Shown: piece by piece, positions 25,908-36,313 of the stretch
How the letters are laid out: each line of letters begins with the position of its first letter
Numbering within the stretch: position 1 is the stretch's first letter
IMG/VR virus record: IMGVR_UViG_3300043420_000933
Coordinates: 1 to 61,231 of that record
From: a virus
Lineage: Duplodnaviria > Caudoviricetes
Reading direction: 5' to 3' (one strand)
DNA: 61,231 nucleotides
Program-made: the position numbers and the translations under genes
The notes under the pieces: generated by a model
What the model was told of the DNA's origin: nothing
The model's input: the letters and a program-made list of their open reading frames with translations, nothing else
Databases searched by the model: none

Positions 25908-28493
25908 TTATATAATTGTCAAATTTTGTTGTATTCTTTTCTCCAATTCTTCAATTTTGACTTGTTGTTCCTTCACACATTCAATCAATAAACCAATAAG
26001 ACCATTATAATTGACAGTCTTGGGGTCAGTGTCACTTACTAGTTCTGGTAGGACATTCTGTAAGTCATCTGCGACAACACCCATTGAAGGTTTATTGTCG
26101 CTAATCCAGTTGAATGATACTCCAATGATTTGTGATATTTTTTCGATTGGAGTTTCTATTGGTTTGATATTAGTTTTTAATTTGGAATCTGATGCGGAGT
26201 TAAAATCTGTTGCAGTTACAATACCAGAAATATAAACATCTCCACGAACATCTAAGTTTGATGTTGGGTAGGTAGTTCCAATACCAACATTTCCACTTAC
26301 ATAAGCGTTACCAGAAATTTGAAGTGGATACGAAGCACCTAATGTTGGAGTTGTATTTGCAAATCCACCAGCACGAAGCCAAGAATTTCCGTCTGCTTGA
26401 TAAGTTGAATCAGAAACAAAGTTCCAGATTCCTCCTAGTCCCCAGGTTCCTCCTGTTCCCACTGCTCCGTCAAAATGCCAAATATGATCTACATTTGGTG
26501 CAGTTTGTGGATTTGTCCAGGTGGTGATGCCACCGCCGACTAAACTACTAATTACAAAAGCGCCATCTCTAGATATAATTGGTCCATCAATATCTAAATT
26601 ACTTACTGGATTTGTAGTTCCAATACCGAGACTTGATGTAGATTCAACAAAAACAAGTTTAGTCGTTGATATTCCTACACTATTAACTCCAACTCCACTC
26701 GCAAGAGTTGGATATACTGGATCACTTGTATTGACTTGAGTATCAACATAAAATGCCGTAACTCCTTCTAGGTTAGAGCCATCGCCATAGTAAACAACAG
26801 TGGTAACACCAGGATTTGATGAGGTTATGATACCTGCTGATATTTGAACTGAACCTAAGGTTGTAATCCCAGAAACAGTCAATGAAGTTATAGACCCAAT
26901 ACCACCAATAACATTTGTGGCAGTTTTTGCAAAACCTACTTCAGTTGTATTAATATCAAATCCATCTAGATTATATGCAGTTGTTGCAAAAGATGCTGTG
27001 GATGCTGTGCCTGTTAGATTTCCTACAAAAGTAAGAGCAGTAACAATACCTGTAGAGAAGATATTTCCTGCGGTTACAACTCCTAATGTAGAAACACCAG
27101 AAACAGAAAGTTGTGTAACAGAAGCAATGCCACCAACTACATCTGTTGCTACACCAGCATTAGAAGCATAAGTAGCAACACCAGCAGTATTGGCATAAGT
27201 AGCAATGCCTGCTAAATCGGCATAATCAGCAGTGGCAACATTACCACTAATATCAATATTATAAGTGCCAGTGAGTCTAGCAGCATTAATAGTACCAGTT
27301 GTAATATTAGCAGCATCTGCTAAGTTAGTTGCCGTTGTTGCTGTGCCTGTTAAGTTACCTACAAAACCACCAACGGAAGTAGTAACTCCAGAAACATTAA
27401 GTTGTGATGCTCCAACACTACTTAAAGTCGTGATTCCAGATACCGAGAGTTGAGTAACAGAAGCAATACCACCAATTACATTAGTTGCTATACCAGAATT
27501 TCTAGCATATGCTACTTCTAAGTCACCAGCAGCAACACCATCCAAAGTAAATGCTGTGGTGGCAAAAGATGCTGTGGATGCTGTGCCTGTTAAGTTACCT
27601 ACAAAAGTTGGAGCAGTTACAATACCAGAAGCATTGATATTTCTTACAACTGCTAAATCATTCTCAGTGAATTGGACTGCCCCTGCTGCGAGTCTTGTGC
27701 CTGATGGGAATTGAGTGCTACCAATACCTATCGCATAATTACTTAACCAGGCATCAGTATTAAGTCCAGCAAAAGACCCTGCCTTAAACCACATAATTTT
27801 CTTATATGTGGCAGGTAGTGTCTCACCAACACCAGGATTTGTAAGAGTAATAAGTGGATTACCCTCAGTAGAAGCAACAGCAATACCACCGTGATTTGCT
27901 GTGGTGTCATTAGAGACATCATTACCAGAGATATCAGTTGTAAATCCAAGGACAATATCTGCGTCAGTAACTCTAAACTCATTAACAAGAATGTAACCTG
28001 CCGTGCCACCAACTGTAATGTTTCCAGTGACATTCAGGTTATTATTGACTTGTAAATCATTTCCAATCGTTACATTTCCACTAATTGTTGGATTTGGTGC
28101 GAAAGAAATAACTGGAGTAGACCCTTCTCCCGTGCCTCCAGTTACAGTAATTTCATTTGTTGTGCCAGAAATTGACTCTACATAATCACCAAATGTATCA
28201 GTGCCTAATCCAACACTATTAGGTTGAATGGTTGCTGCGAGTGATACATTACCAGTGCCGTCAAAGGCAATTGGTGAGGCAACAACATCACCAGTGATTT
28301 CAAAAGTCCTTGCGGTTTCTAGTTTTGTAGCAGTAGAGATTGTACCAGTTATTGCTTCATTGAAGGTGGAAATCCCAGATACTATAACATTTCCACCAAC
28401 ATCAAGAGTTGCTTGTGGATTTATCGTATTGATTCCAACTTTTTTGTCTTTGAGGACAAAACTATTAGAAAATCTAATGCGGTTATCGGACAT
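25908..28493 (-). CDS. Tail fibre with C-terminal intramolecular chaperone (peptidase S74-like)
   Basis: SDSKLKTNIKPI...GVSFNW...VNYNGLIGLLIECVKEQQ; FVGNLTGTAS repeats. Confidence 0.85.
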   Translation of the reverse strand: MSDNRIRFSNSFVLKDKKVGINTINPQATLDVGGNVIVSGISTFNEAITGTISTATKLETARTFEITGDVVASPIAFDGTGNVSLAATIQPNSVGLGTDTFGDYVESISGTTNEITVTGGTGEGSTPVISFAPNPTISGNVTIGNDLQVNNNLNVTGNITVGGTAGYILVNEFRVTDADIVLGFTTDISGNDVSNDTTANHGGIAVASTEGNPLITLTNPGVGETLPATYKKIMWFKAGSFAGLNTDAWLSNYAIGIGSTQFPSGTRLAAGAVQFTENDLAVVRNINASGIVTAPTFVGNLTGTASTASFATTAFTLDGVAAGDLEVAYARNSGIATNVIGGIASVTQLSVSGITTLSSVGASQLNVSGVTTSVGGFVGNLTGTATTATNLADAANITTGTINAARLTGTYNIDISGNVATADYADLAGIATYANTAGVATYASNAGVATDVVGGIASVTQLSVSGVSTLGVVTAGNIFSTGIVTALTFVGNLTGTASTASFATTAYNLDGFDINTTEVGFAKTATNVIGGIGSITSLTVSGITTLGSVQISAGIITSSNPGVTTVVYYGDGSNLEGVTAFYVDTQVNTSDPVYPTLASGVGVNSVGISTTKLVFVESTSSLGIGTTNPVSNLDIDGPIISRDGAFVISSLVGGGITTWTNPQTAPNVDHIWHFDGAVGTGGTWGLGGIWNFVSDSTYQADGNSWLRAGGFANTTPTLGASYPLQISGNAYVSGNVGIGTTYPTSNLDVRGDVYISGIVTATDFNSASDSKLKTNIKPIETPIEKISQIIGVSFNWISDNKPSMGVVADDLQNVLPELVSDTDPKTVNYNGLIGLLIECVKEQQVKIEELEKRIQQNLTII
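26665..26789. repeat. 125-bp direct repeat, copy 2
   Basis: See 25597-25721. Confidence 0.9.
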
Positions 28494-28520
28494 TTCTTGT
28501 TACTCTCTCTATTTTACTAT

Positions 28521-28649
28521 TTAGTTTGATGTAGTTGCCAAAGAAACCTTAATATTTTCGACATTTCCACTCACCCAAATAACATTTTTTGGAGTCTTTG
28601 CACTCAACTTAGCAGTTTTACTTTGGTCGCCTGGAAGTAGTATTTTCAT
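28521..28649 (-). CDS. Small hypothetical protein (42 aa)
   Basis: MKILLPGDQSK..., starts just after the upstream stop. Confidence 0.4.
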   Translation of the reverse strand: MKILLPGDQSKTAKLSAKTPKNVIWVSGNVENIKVSLATTSN

Positions 28650-28650
28650 C

Positions 28651-28989
28651 TTATGTTGGTAAAGTGACAGATCCATTGACAAGAGCATTGCCTTCGACAT
28701 TTTTGGTTCTTGTTCCATCAGGCGCAACCAAAAATACATCATAATAATATCTACCAGGAGTCAATGTTGCGGTAATAGTCCTTAATAAATCAATATCCAA
28801 CAATGATGTAGTTGTATTAAGAGTAGTCACAAAAGAATAACCAGTTGTTGCGCTAGGATGTTTCTTTAATGTCGCAAGAGCAGTATAGTTTACTAATGAC
28901 GCAGCACTTTCATCTGGGTTCTTGATATTATAAGTTTCAGTAAAATCTGCCCCTTGTTCTATGGTGATATTGACTACATTAACTGCCAT
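28651..28989 (-). CDS. Small virion protein (BppU-like Ig fold)
   Basis: NITIEQGADF...TATLTPGRYYYDV...VEGNALV. Confidence 0.7.
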   Translation of the reverse strand: MAVNVVNITIEQGADFTETYNIKNPDESAASLVNYTALATLKKHPSATTGYSFVTTLNTTTSLLDIDLLRTITATLTPGRYYYDVFLVAPDGTRTKNVEGNALVNGSVTLPT

Positions 28990-31934
28990 TAGAGTTCGGT
29001 TCCCTTTCTGGTGAGTTTGACTGTGTTATGTGCATAAGTGGGAGTAAACTTCAATCTTGCATTTCCTCCACTGATGTCTGCACTATATTCACCAAGAGAT
29101 TCAAGATTTGCAATGCCAGCATATTCAACAATAGATACATCAGTAGAAGCAGAACCAACAGATTGAAGAAGCATTACATCACTGACTTGGAAACTTTCAA
29201 TCAATGATGTAGTATTAAAACTAAATCCAGTTCCAACTGTTGTGTCATAGATTGATTGTAAGTCAGTATTATTAATCGTAAGAGTTTCTCCTACTTCATA
29301 TCCAGAACCACTATTAGTAATAGAAACAGAAGAAACACTACCACCAATATATGCATCTGGGTTGGATGTAATATCATATCCAAGTGTAATATAGTCAGTG
29401 CCAGCAGAATCTTTTGTGAGTCTAAAGGTATTGGAATCTATTGGGTCGATGTAATAGATTGTTGTACCACCATAACCAGGCCCAGATTCTAGATTGAAAC
29501 TAGAATCATAACCAATCACACTAGTGAGTGCTGCGCCAACAAAAGGACTGAGTGTTGGGGAGTCAATTGTAAATGATGGATTCGTGGTATATCCTAGACC
29601 AGTTGTGGCAGTTACAGAATAAATCCCAAGACCAACAGTGCTTCCAACTCCAGGAGTTGTAACTGTTGCAGTGACTGGCATATCAGCAGATGTATAACCA
29701 TAACCAGAGTTATTAACTTCAATGCTAGTTAAAATGACATCAGTAACTGTTGCTGCTGCACCAGAACCACCACCTCCAGTGAAACCAATAGCTGGTTTTG
29801 ATGTTCCAAATCCTGCACCTGGAGATAAGACACTAATATTGGTTACAACCATTTGAGTAATTGTGATTGCAGCACCAACACCAGCAGAATCATTAGTAAT
29901 AGTTACTGTTGGGGGGACAGTATATCCAGAACCAACATTTGTAATATCAATATCAGTGATTCCACCGGAACCATCAACAGAACCAAGAATCATTGTTGCA
30001 TCAGTTCCAATACCACCAACAGGATTGATTGTGATAGTTGTAGTTCCTGTATTGTATCCAGTGCCAGGTGTGATTTGAATACCAGCATCACTAATACCAA
30101 GACCAACTCTTGTGACTGGAGTAGAAGTTGGAGTTTGGTCATAAGTAACTGTTGGTGATGATGTATAGGCAGAACCAGGATTGGTTACGGTGAATGTAGA
30201 AATACCAAAACCAACATAACCAGTGGCAGTAACTCCATTTCCAACAGGAGAACTATAGGTCACTGTTGGTGCAATATTGGTGACAATACCAGAAGTGTTT
30301 AATGTGACATTTGTAACTTTCATTGAAACATCAGTTACAATCGCAGTACTTCCAACTCCAACTCCTGCAACTGGATTTCCTACAATAATAGGAGAATCTA
30401 CTACAATATTTGGAGTTGTTGTAAATCCTACTCCAGCAGTTGTAATCCCAATGGATGTTAGTTTCGATTGCTCATAATCAGTAGGATCTAAAGTTGTATC
30501 TAATAAAACACTAAATCCTGTTGGGATTCCAGCAATACTACTAGAAGTAGTAAAGATTCCACCAAATGACTGAGTGATTGGGTATGCGGGAGCAGTTACT
30601 GTGATTGTTGCTTCTGCTCCTGTTCCAATACCAGAAGAAATGAGAACTACATTGTTATAAGTTCCTGGGGAATAATTTACTCCCGCATTAAGATCAGAAA
30701 CAGATAGAGAGCCAAGATTCAGTTGGTTGTTTGTGGTTACCTGAAGATTGTATCTTGCACTACGATATTGAGAAGTATTAAAGGAATCAATAACAATTTC
30801 ATTTGTTGATGCCGTCGTTACAATTCCTGGTGCTTCGGAAAAACTTTGTGCAATAATCTGGTCAGCACGAATAATTCCACTAACATCCAAAGAATATTCA
30901 GGTTGAGTGCCGATTCCAAGTCTTACTGAAGATGGATTATAGTAAAGTCCATTGGAATCTACATAAAGACTCGAAAAATCATTAGTTGTTGATGAAAACC
31001 CAATATAATAAAGTTGATTGTTGGTTGCTTCTTTTGTCGATACAGATTCTGCTATAGCTACCGGAGCACTTTGTCCCACAACTCCCCAAGCTGGTGGACT
31101 ATCACCATTAGAAAGCAGTGCTTCTCCGGGTTGTCCCGAATTTCCAAGATAATCATAAACTAATCCATAAAACCTAGATGAACCAAAAACATCTAGTTTA
31201 TATGCTGGTAATGTAGAACCGATACCAACATTACCATTTAATGTTTTTACGACAGTAGATGCGACACCTACATTCAGGTTGCTGATAAAAATATTATCTA
31301 CTGTGCTGTTATCAAAATAAGAGTTATCTGCAGTGATAAAACCAACAACTGCAGTATTAACTCCTATTTGACCTGATATATTTGCATTACCAACTACATC
31401 AAGTTTTTGTGTTGGAAGAGTAGAACCAATACCAATATTACCACTTCTAAATACAACTCCAGATGCACCTTGAAGAAATCCAGTTCCTGGATCGTGATAT
31501 GGAATCTCGTAGGGATTTCCAGGTGCAACCAAGTCAGTAACTTGGATTCTTACGGTCGCAATGCCTGTTTGATCTTCTGGGTTTGGCCCAACATAATCTA
31601 CGGTTACGCCAGTTCCAACAAAATTGAAGACATTGAAACTATTTGCAATGCCTACTTGAACATCATTATTAAAAATAGTAAATGAACCGGGCGACAAATC
31701 ACCAACAATCAAAGAAGTGGATGGAACCCAATATCGTTTTCCCGTTTCTCCGCCAATATTCAATAGAACATATTGATCTCCTGGAGGAGCAGGATTGACA
31801 GAAACCGCAGAAGGCCCAATCAGTGGGTCTCCCAAATCAGGTTCGGCTTGTTCTAATCCAAGAAACTCATAACGGTCACTTGTGATTCCTGATTGAGGAG
31901 TCTTTTTGACTCTTCCAGAGATTATTTTTGCCAT
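28989..31934 (-). CDS. Virion structural / fibre protein with repeated GxGYT..PTVT modules
   Basis: 981 aa; repeats such as NPGSAYTSSPTVT and NVGSGYTVPPTVT. Confidence 0.8.
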   Translation of the reverse strand: MAKIISGRVKKTPQSGITSDRYEFLGLEQAEPDLGDPLIGPSAVSVNPAPPGDQYVLLNIGGETGKRYWVPSTSLIVGDLSPGSFTIFNNDVQVGIANSFNVFNFVGTGVTVDYVGPNPEDQTGIATVRIQVTDLVAPGNPYEIPYHDPGTGFLQGASGVVFRSGNIGIGSTLPTQKLDVVGNANISGQIGVNTAVVGFITADNSYFDNSTVDNIFISNLNVGVASTVVKTLNGNVGIGSTLPAYKLDVFGSSRFYGLVYDYLGNSGQPGEALLSNGDSPPAWGVVGQSAPVAIAESVSTKEATNNQLYYIGFSSTTNDFSSLYVDSNGLYYNPSSVRLGIGTQPEYSLDVSGIIRADQIIAQSFSEAPGIVTTASTNEIVIDSFNTSQYRSARYNLQVTTNNQLNLGSLSVSDLNAGVNYSPGTYNNVVLISSGIGTGAEATITVTAPAYPITQSFGGIFTTSSSIAGIPTGFSVLLDTTLDPTDYEQSKLTSIGITTAGVGFTTTPNIVVDSPIIVGNPVAGVGVGSTAIVTDVSMKVTNVTLNTSGIVTNIAPTVTYSSPVGNGVTATGYVGFGISTFTVTNPGSAYTSSPTVTYDQTPTSTPVTRVGLGISDAGIQITPGTGYNTGTTTITINPVGGIGTDATMILGSVDGSGGITDIDITNVGSGYTVPPTVTITNDSAGVGAAITITQMVVTNISVLSPGAGFGTSKPAIGFTGGGGSGAAATVTDVILTSIEVNNSGYGYTSADMPVTATVTTPGVGSTVGLGIYSVTATTGLGYTTNPSFTIDSPTLSPFVGAALTSVIGYDSSFNLESGPGYGGTTIYYIDPIDSNTFRLTKDSAGTDYITLGYDITSNPDAYIGGSVSSVSITNSGSGYEVGETLTINNTDLQSIYDTTVGTGFSFNTTSLIESFQVSDVMLLQSVGSASTDVSIVEYAGIANLESLGEYSADISGGNARLKFTPTYAHNTVKLTRKGTEL

Positions 31935-31938
31935 TTAC

Positions 31939-32289
31939 TTACTGTTTTGCGGTTTCTAGGATACTCAATACAATATTCAATTCATTATCAGCACTTGCCT
32001 GAACTTTTATAACATCATTAGTCTCAAGTGCTAATCTTCCATCAGGCACTAGACTTACACTATCATTTGGTGGAACATAAGCACCATTTGCAAACTTATA
32101 ATCAGTTGGAGTTTCTCCTGGACGAGAATGTAATGCAGTCACTTGTGATGTGGTGCTAGATGTCAGATTAGTAACCTGCGCTAGAATCACAATCGCAGAA
32201 ACACCAACAGGACAAGTGTAAATACCAACTGTTCCTGTTGTAATTGGTTTTCTTATTGTTTTAAAACTATTAAGTGCTACTGCTGCCAT
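31939..32289 (-). CDS. Small virion protein
   Basis: MAAVALN.FKT...IYTCPVGVSAIVILAQV...LSILETAKQ. Confidence 0.7.
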   Translation of the reverse strand: MAAVALNSFKTIRKPITTGTVGIYTCPVGVSAIVILAQVTNLTSSTTSQVTALHSRPGETPTDYKFANGAYVPPNDSVSLVPDGRLALETNDVIKVQASADNELNIVLSILETAKQ

Positions 32290-32291
32290 TT

Positions 32292-35200
32292 TTAGTTACC
32301 TAGTGCAATGATAAGTGGGGTTACTGTATTTAATAAACTTTGGTTGAATGCTCTACCAGAAATTGTACCAGTCAATTGATTAATTGTTACATCATCACCA
32401 ATTTTAAAGTTACCTGCTTGGTCTGTACTGGTATAAACAACTTCACCACCATTGAGTTTGACAACTTCATTTTCTTGTATTGCGACACCACCAAGAGCAG
32501 GTTTTGCTGTATTGATGTTATTTCCAGAACCAACCCACTCAAAAGAATGTGATGATGTAATCTGGAGACTCAACCTATTAAAATAAACTGTAGTTCCAGT
32601 ACTTACTGTATTATTTAGATTTGTATTGAGAGTGACTGTTGAGATTCCTGCACTTGGTAGAGTTGCAGATTCAACGGTATAGTAGATTGGAGTTAGATTT
32701 AATGTTGCAGTTGCAGTTACTCCAGCACCAGTAGGTCCGGCAATTGTAATTTGTGGATTGTCTCCCAATCTATATTGACTACCAGTGCTGATGATGTCAA
32801 TTGATGATACTTGACCAAAAGTATTAATGTTTGCAGATGCTTCTGCTCGAATTCCATTAGGTCCAGTTGGAGAATCAATAGTTACTGTTGGTGCCTGAGT
32901 ATATCCAAATCCACCATCATCTACTGTAATACTTTGTACTTCATAATATAACTCACCAAAATGAAGAGTTTGTCCGTCATAAGGTCTTAAGTTTCCAATA
33001 CCAGAAACTTCAATAACTGCTTGGTCTGCTGCTGCTTCTGTATTTGCAATACCTGTGTAATGATAAATGGATTTGCTATTATAATCACCAACACCATCAG
33101 CAACAAGACCAAATCTACCAAAGGAAGAGTTAGAGTTTGTAATATCACATTGTCCACCAGAACCAGTAAAGATTGCAATATCATCGCAAATAGTAAAGAT
33201 AGAAACTAACTGTGCATACGCACCGTTAGTAATTGAAACTCCAATACCACCTTGATTGTATTGAGTGTAAGAGTCAACGCTCATTGTACCAGTAACACCA
33301 ATATCATCTTGGTCTCCTGGTTCTGCTTCAAATCCATCAACTTTCATTCCAATACTTCCAGGAACAAAGTTAGTGCAGTTTCTTACATAAGGACCTTGTG
33401 TGATAGGGCCAACACCTGGAGAATATGGTGGGAATACAACACCACCACCTTCATAAGTATGTGGAATCGTAGAAACACCAGTATTGACAACAAATGTAGT
33501 TCCAGTTCCAATCACTTCAGTAACTCTAAAGTCATAACCAAGATTTCCTGTTGGATATAGGGTAGTTGTTCCTGCTCCACTGGTGCAAGAGAACTCTAGG
33601 TCGTGGAGTCTTACGAACTGACCGACTTTAACAACAGCACCTGGAGCAGTGATTGTTGTGATTCCAGTTGTATTATCATAAGAAGCAGTGGTAACACCAA
33701 TGGCACGATTGACTACAAATCCACCACCAACATAGTTGTGTGCGATTGTGGAAACACCAGTGTTGATAACAAATGAACCATCATTATTAACTGATTCTAC
33801 ATCAAACTGATAACCATAAGCACCTGATGGATACCTTTGAGTGCCAATAGAACCACCAGAAGTGCAATCAAAGAGTAAATCTCTAACCTCTACGATGTCT
33901 CCTGGTTTAACTGATAATGTTGGAGCAAGTATTGTTGTTTCACCAGAAGTGTTGTCGTAAACAGCACTTGTAACTCCAACAACAGTAGTGAATCCAATAC
34001 CGGAATTTCCTGGGAATGTCGTATTGATTCCAGCACCAAGAACTGATAGTCCTTGGTCTAGGATTGTGGTTACGACTCCAACACAAGAGTAGATTGCAGA
34101 AACAACATTAGCACAAGAACCAATGTCTTCATTAGAACCAGTTGCTACATCTGCCTGCATCGCAAGGTCTTTAACTTGACTGTATTGTGTCTGGTAGTTT
34201 CCATTCCAAGAAACATTATTGATACAAGATCGAGCGATGCCTGCAGCATAGTTTAGAGCATCAATCGTTGCTTCTTTTACACTATATCCATTTGTATCGG
34301 TTCCAGTGATATGAAGAAGTGAACCAGCATCATCAAAATAAGACCTACCAGCACCAACACACTTGAGATTTCCACCTCTTGTAATGTCGTGTATAACTGC
34401 TTTCATTACATCTTTAATGTCATCACTACAGTTAATTGGAGCAATAGGACTACCAGAACCATCAACAACTACAAATGCTGGATTCTTATAGTCGGTGCTT
34501 GTTAGATAACCAACAGTTTCTGCTGCGATAAAATCTAGATTATAACGAATCATCCTTGCGGCATCAAAGAATCTATCTGTTGATACACCTGCAAGTGGTT
34601 GTAGTGCTACGATTGCAGCACCATCAGTCATTGTATTGCCAATAAAACTTAGGTCAGTAATGTGACAGCTATTATTGACATAAAATAGGTCTCTATCAGT
34701 ATACTTTGGAGTTACGACACAGTTACGAAGTTCTGTTCCCTCAACAGCAACTCTTCTTGTGAGATAGATTGGGTTTTCTTCGACATAAACTCCAGGGAAA
34801 ACTTTGATTGTATCTCCTGGGAATGCAATCGCCGCTGCTGCCTTAATAGTTCTCTTTGAGTCACTTTCGGTTAATCCACTATTTGTGTCACTACCGTTTT
34901 GAGTTACAAAGATTGTCTTACCGATTGGGAAATATGAGTCGATATTGACGACGCCTTTTCCTTGTGCCTGGGTGGATGATAACCGAACACCAATACCTGC
35001 TGTGATTTGAGTGACGATTCCGGTGAGAACTTCACCGCTTCCAAGATATGCAAGAGCATCAACTGTAGTTGCAGTTACTGTTTCTGCTACTGATACATTT
35101 GTTGCTGTGAGGAATCCAACAGTAGCAACACCAACAGATGCAAATCCTACAGTAGCAACACCAACAGATGCAAATCCAATATTTGCATTATTAATTGTTG

Positions 35201-36266
35201 CAATTCCAATAGAAGCAGCAGTAGCAACTATCCCTCCGATGAAATTGCCAGAAAATGTACCTGCAGTTAAAATACCCGATACCTGTGCATTTGCAAAAGT
35301 TCCAAATCCTATTGTTGCAATTCCAATTGACGCTCCAGTTCCAACTAACAGATTTGATGTAATTCTAGTGTTATTGATAAAATCAAGAGTAGAATCATAT
35401 GCAGAAAGTGTATTTACTCCAATTACACTACTTGCAGTAAGAATTCCTAGAGTTGCATTAGGTGAATTTAAATTAGTTGCAGTAAGAAAACCAACAGTGG
35501 CAGTTCCGGAAACACGGACATTGGTTGCTGTTAAGAATCCAACAGTAGCAGCACTTGATACTCTTATGTTTGCAAATGTTCCAAACCCAATCGTTGCAAC
35601 TCCAACAGAAGCAAATCCTATTGATGCTAAATTAATTACAGTTAAACTTGTTGTTGTTGTAAGACCAGAAACACCTAAAGAATTTATTGTTCCAATTCCG
35701 GTAATATTTAAATTAACACCAGAAACTGTTCCACCAGAAAGATTAACTGCTGTGGTAGCAGTAGCAGCATTTCCACCAATATCAATACTTTGGAAAGTTC
35801 CAGGGGTAATAATATTTGCAGTGTTTGCTGTCCCTACACTAATATCGTAAAATCCAGATAATCTTTCGGAAGGAACTATGCCATCTATAATATTTGATGC
35901 GTCGGTTAAAGAATCAGAAGAAGATGCAGAGTTAACGGAAATTGGATAATATCCAGATAATCTTGCACTACTAATTGTTCCTGCATTAATATTTGCAGCA
36001 TTCGTTAGGTTATTTGCAGTCGTTACAGATATATTATAACTTCCAGATAATCTTGAAGTGCTTACAATTCCAGATGAAATATTAGCAGCATTGTTTAATG
36101 TATCGGCACTTGTTGCGTTTCCCTCAAGAGGTCCAACAAATTTACTTGCGGTAATTGTAGTAGCACCAACTATTCCACTATTTGTGAGATTGAGATTATC
36201 CCCAGGTGCTAATTCCTCAATCTGTTGAGTTGTTGGATTTGCTATAAGTGGAAATCTGTCCGCCAT
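32292..36266 (-). CDS. Large virion structural / tail-fibre protein with beta-helix-like region
   Basis: 1324 aa; GSDTNSG..ESDSKRTIKAA, GDTIKVFPGVYVE, TSTDQAGNFKIGD; 10-residue ATVGF repeats. Confidence 0.8.
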   Translation of the reverse strand: MADRFPLIANPTTQQIEELAPGDNLNLTNSGIVGATTITASKFVGPLEGNATSADTLNNAANISSGIVSTSRLSGSYNISVTTANNLTNAANINAGTISSARLSGYYPISVNSASSSDSLTDASNIIDGIVPSERLSGFYDISVGTANTANIITPGTFQSIDIGGNAATATTAVNLSGGTVSGVNLNITGIGTINSLGVSGLTTTTSLTVINLASIGFASVGVATIGFGTFANIRVSSAATVGFLTATNVRVSGTATVGFLTATNLNSPNATLGILTASSVIGVNTLSAYDSTLDFINNTRITSNLLVGTGASIGIATIGFGTFANAQVSGILTAGTFSGNFIGGIVATAASIGIATINNANIGFASVGVATVGFASVGVATVGFLTATNVSVAETVTATTVDALAYLGSGEVLTGIVTQITAGIGVRLSSTQAQGKGVVNIDSYFPIGKTIFVTQNGSDTNSGLTESDSKRTIKAAAAIAFPGDTIKVFPGVYVEENPIYLTRRVAVEGTELRNCVVTPKYTDRDLFYVNNSCHITDLSFIGNTMTDGAAIVALQPLAGVSTDRFFDAARMIRYNLDFIAAETVGYLTSTDYKNPAFVVVDGSGSPIAPINCSDDIKDVMKAVIHDITRGGNLKCVGAGRSYFDDAGSLLHITGTDTNGYSVKEATIDALNYAAGIARSCINNVSWNGNYQTQYSQVKDLAMQADVATGSNEDIGSCANVVSAIYSCVGVVTTILDQGLSVLGAGINTTFPGNSGIGFTTVVGVTSAVYDNTSGETTILAPTLSVKPGDIVEVRDLLFDCTSGGSIGTQRYPSGAYGYQFDVESVNNDGSFVINTGVSTIAHNYVGGGFVVNRAIGVTTASYDNTTGITTITAPGAVVKVGQFVRLHDLEFSCTSGAGTTTLYPTGNLGYDFRVTEVIGTGTTFVVNTGVSTIPHTYEGGGVVFPPYSPGVGPITQGPYVRNCTNFVPGSIGMKVDGFEAEPGDQDDIGVTGTMSVDSYTQYNQGGIGVSITNGAYAQLVSIFTICDDIAIFTGSGGQCDITNSNSSFGRFGLVADGVGDYNSKSIYHYTGIANTEAAADQAVIEVSGIGNLRPYDGQTLHFGELYYEVQSITVDDGGFGYTQAPTVTIDSPTGPNGIRAEASANINTFGQVSSIDIISTGSQYRLGDNPQITIAGPTGAGVTATATLNLTPIYYTVESATLPSAGISTVTLNTNLNNTVSTGTTVYFNRLSLQITSSHSFEWVGSGNNINTAKPALGGVAIQENEVVKLNGGEVVYTSTDQAGNFKIGDDVTINQLTGTISGRAFNQSLLNTVTPLIIALGN

Positions 36267-36313
36267 TACTTATTGCGAGTTCTTTTTTGTTATACTATAT
36301 AGGTGCCAATGCA

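Noticed and set aside
25597-26789. DGR template/variable repeat pair
   Set aside because: Both copies are coding, differences are synonymous and not adenine-specific, and no reverse transcriptase is seen
35011-35850. 279-aa plus-strand ORF and similar antisense ORFs within fibre genes
   Set aside because: Mirror frames of repetitive Gly/Thr/Val/Ala-rich fibre sequence
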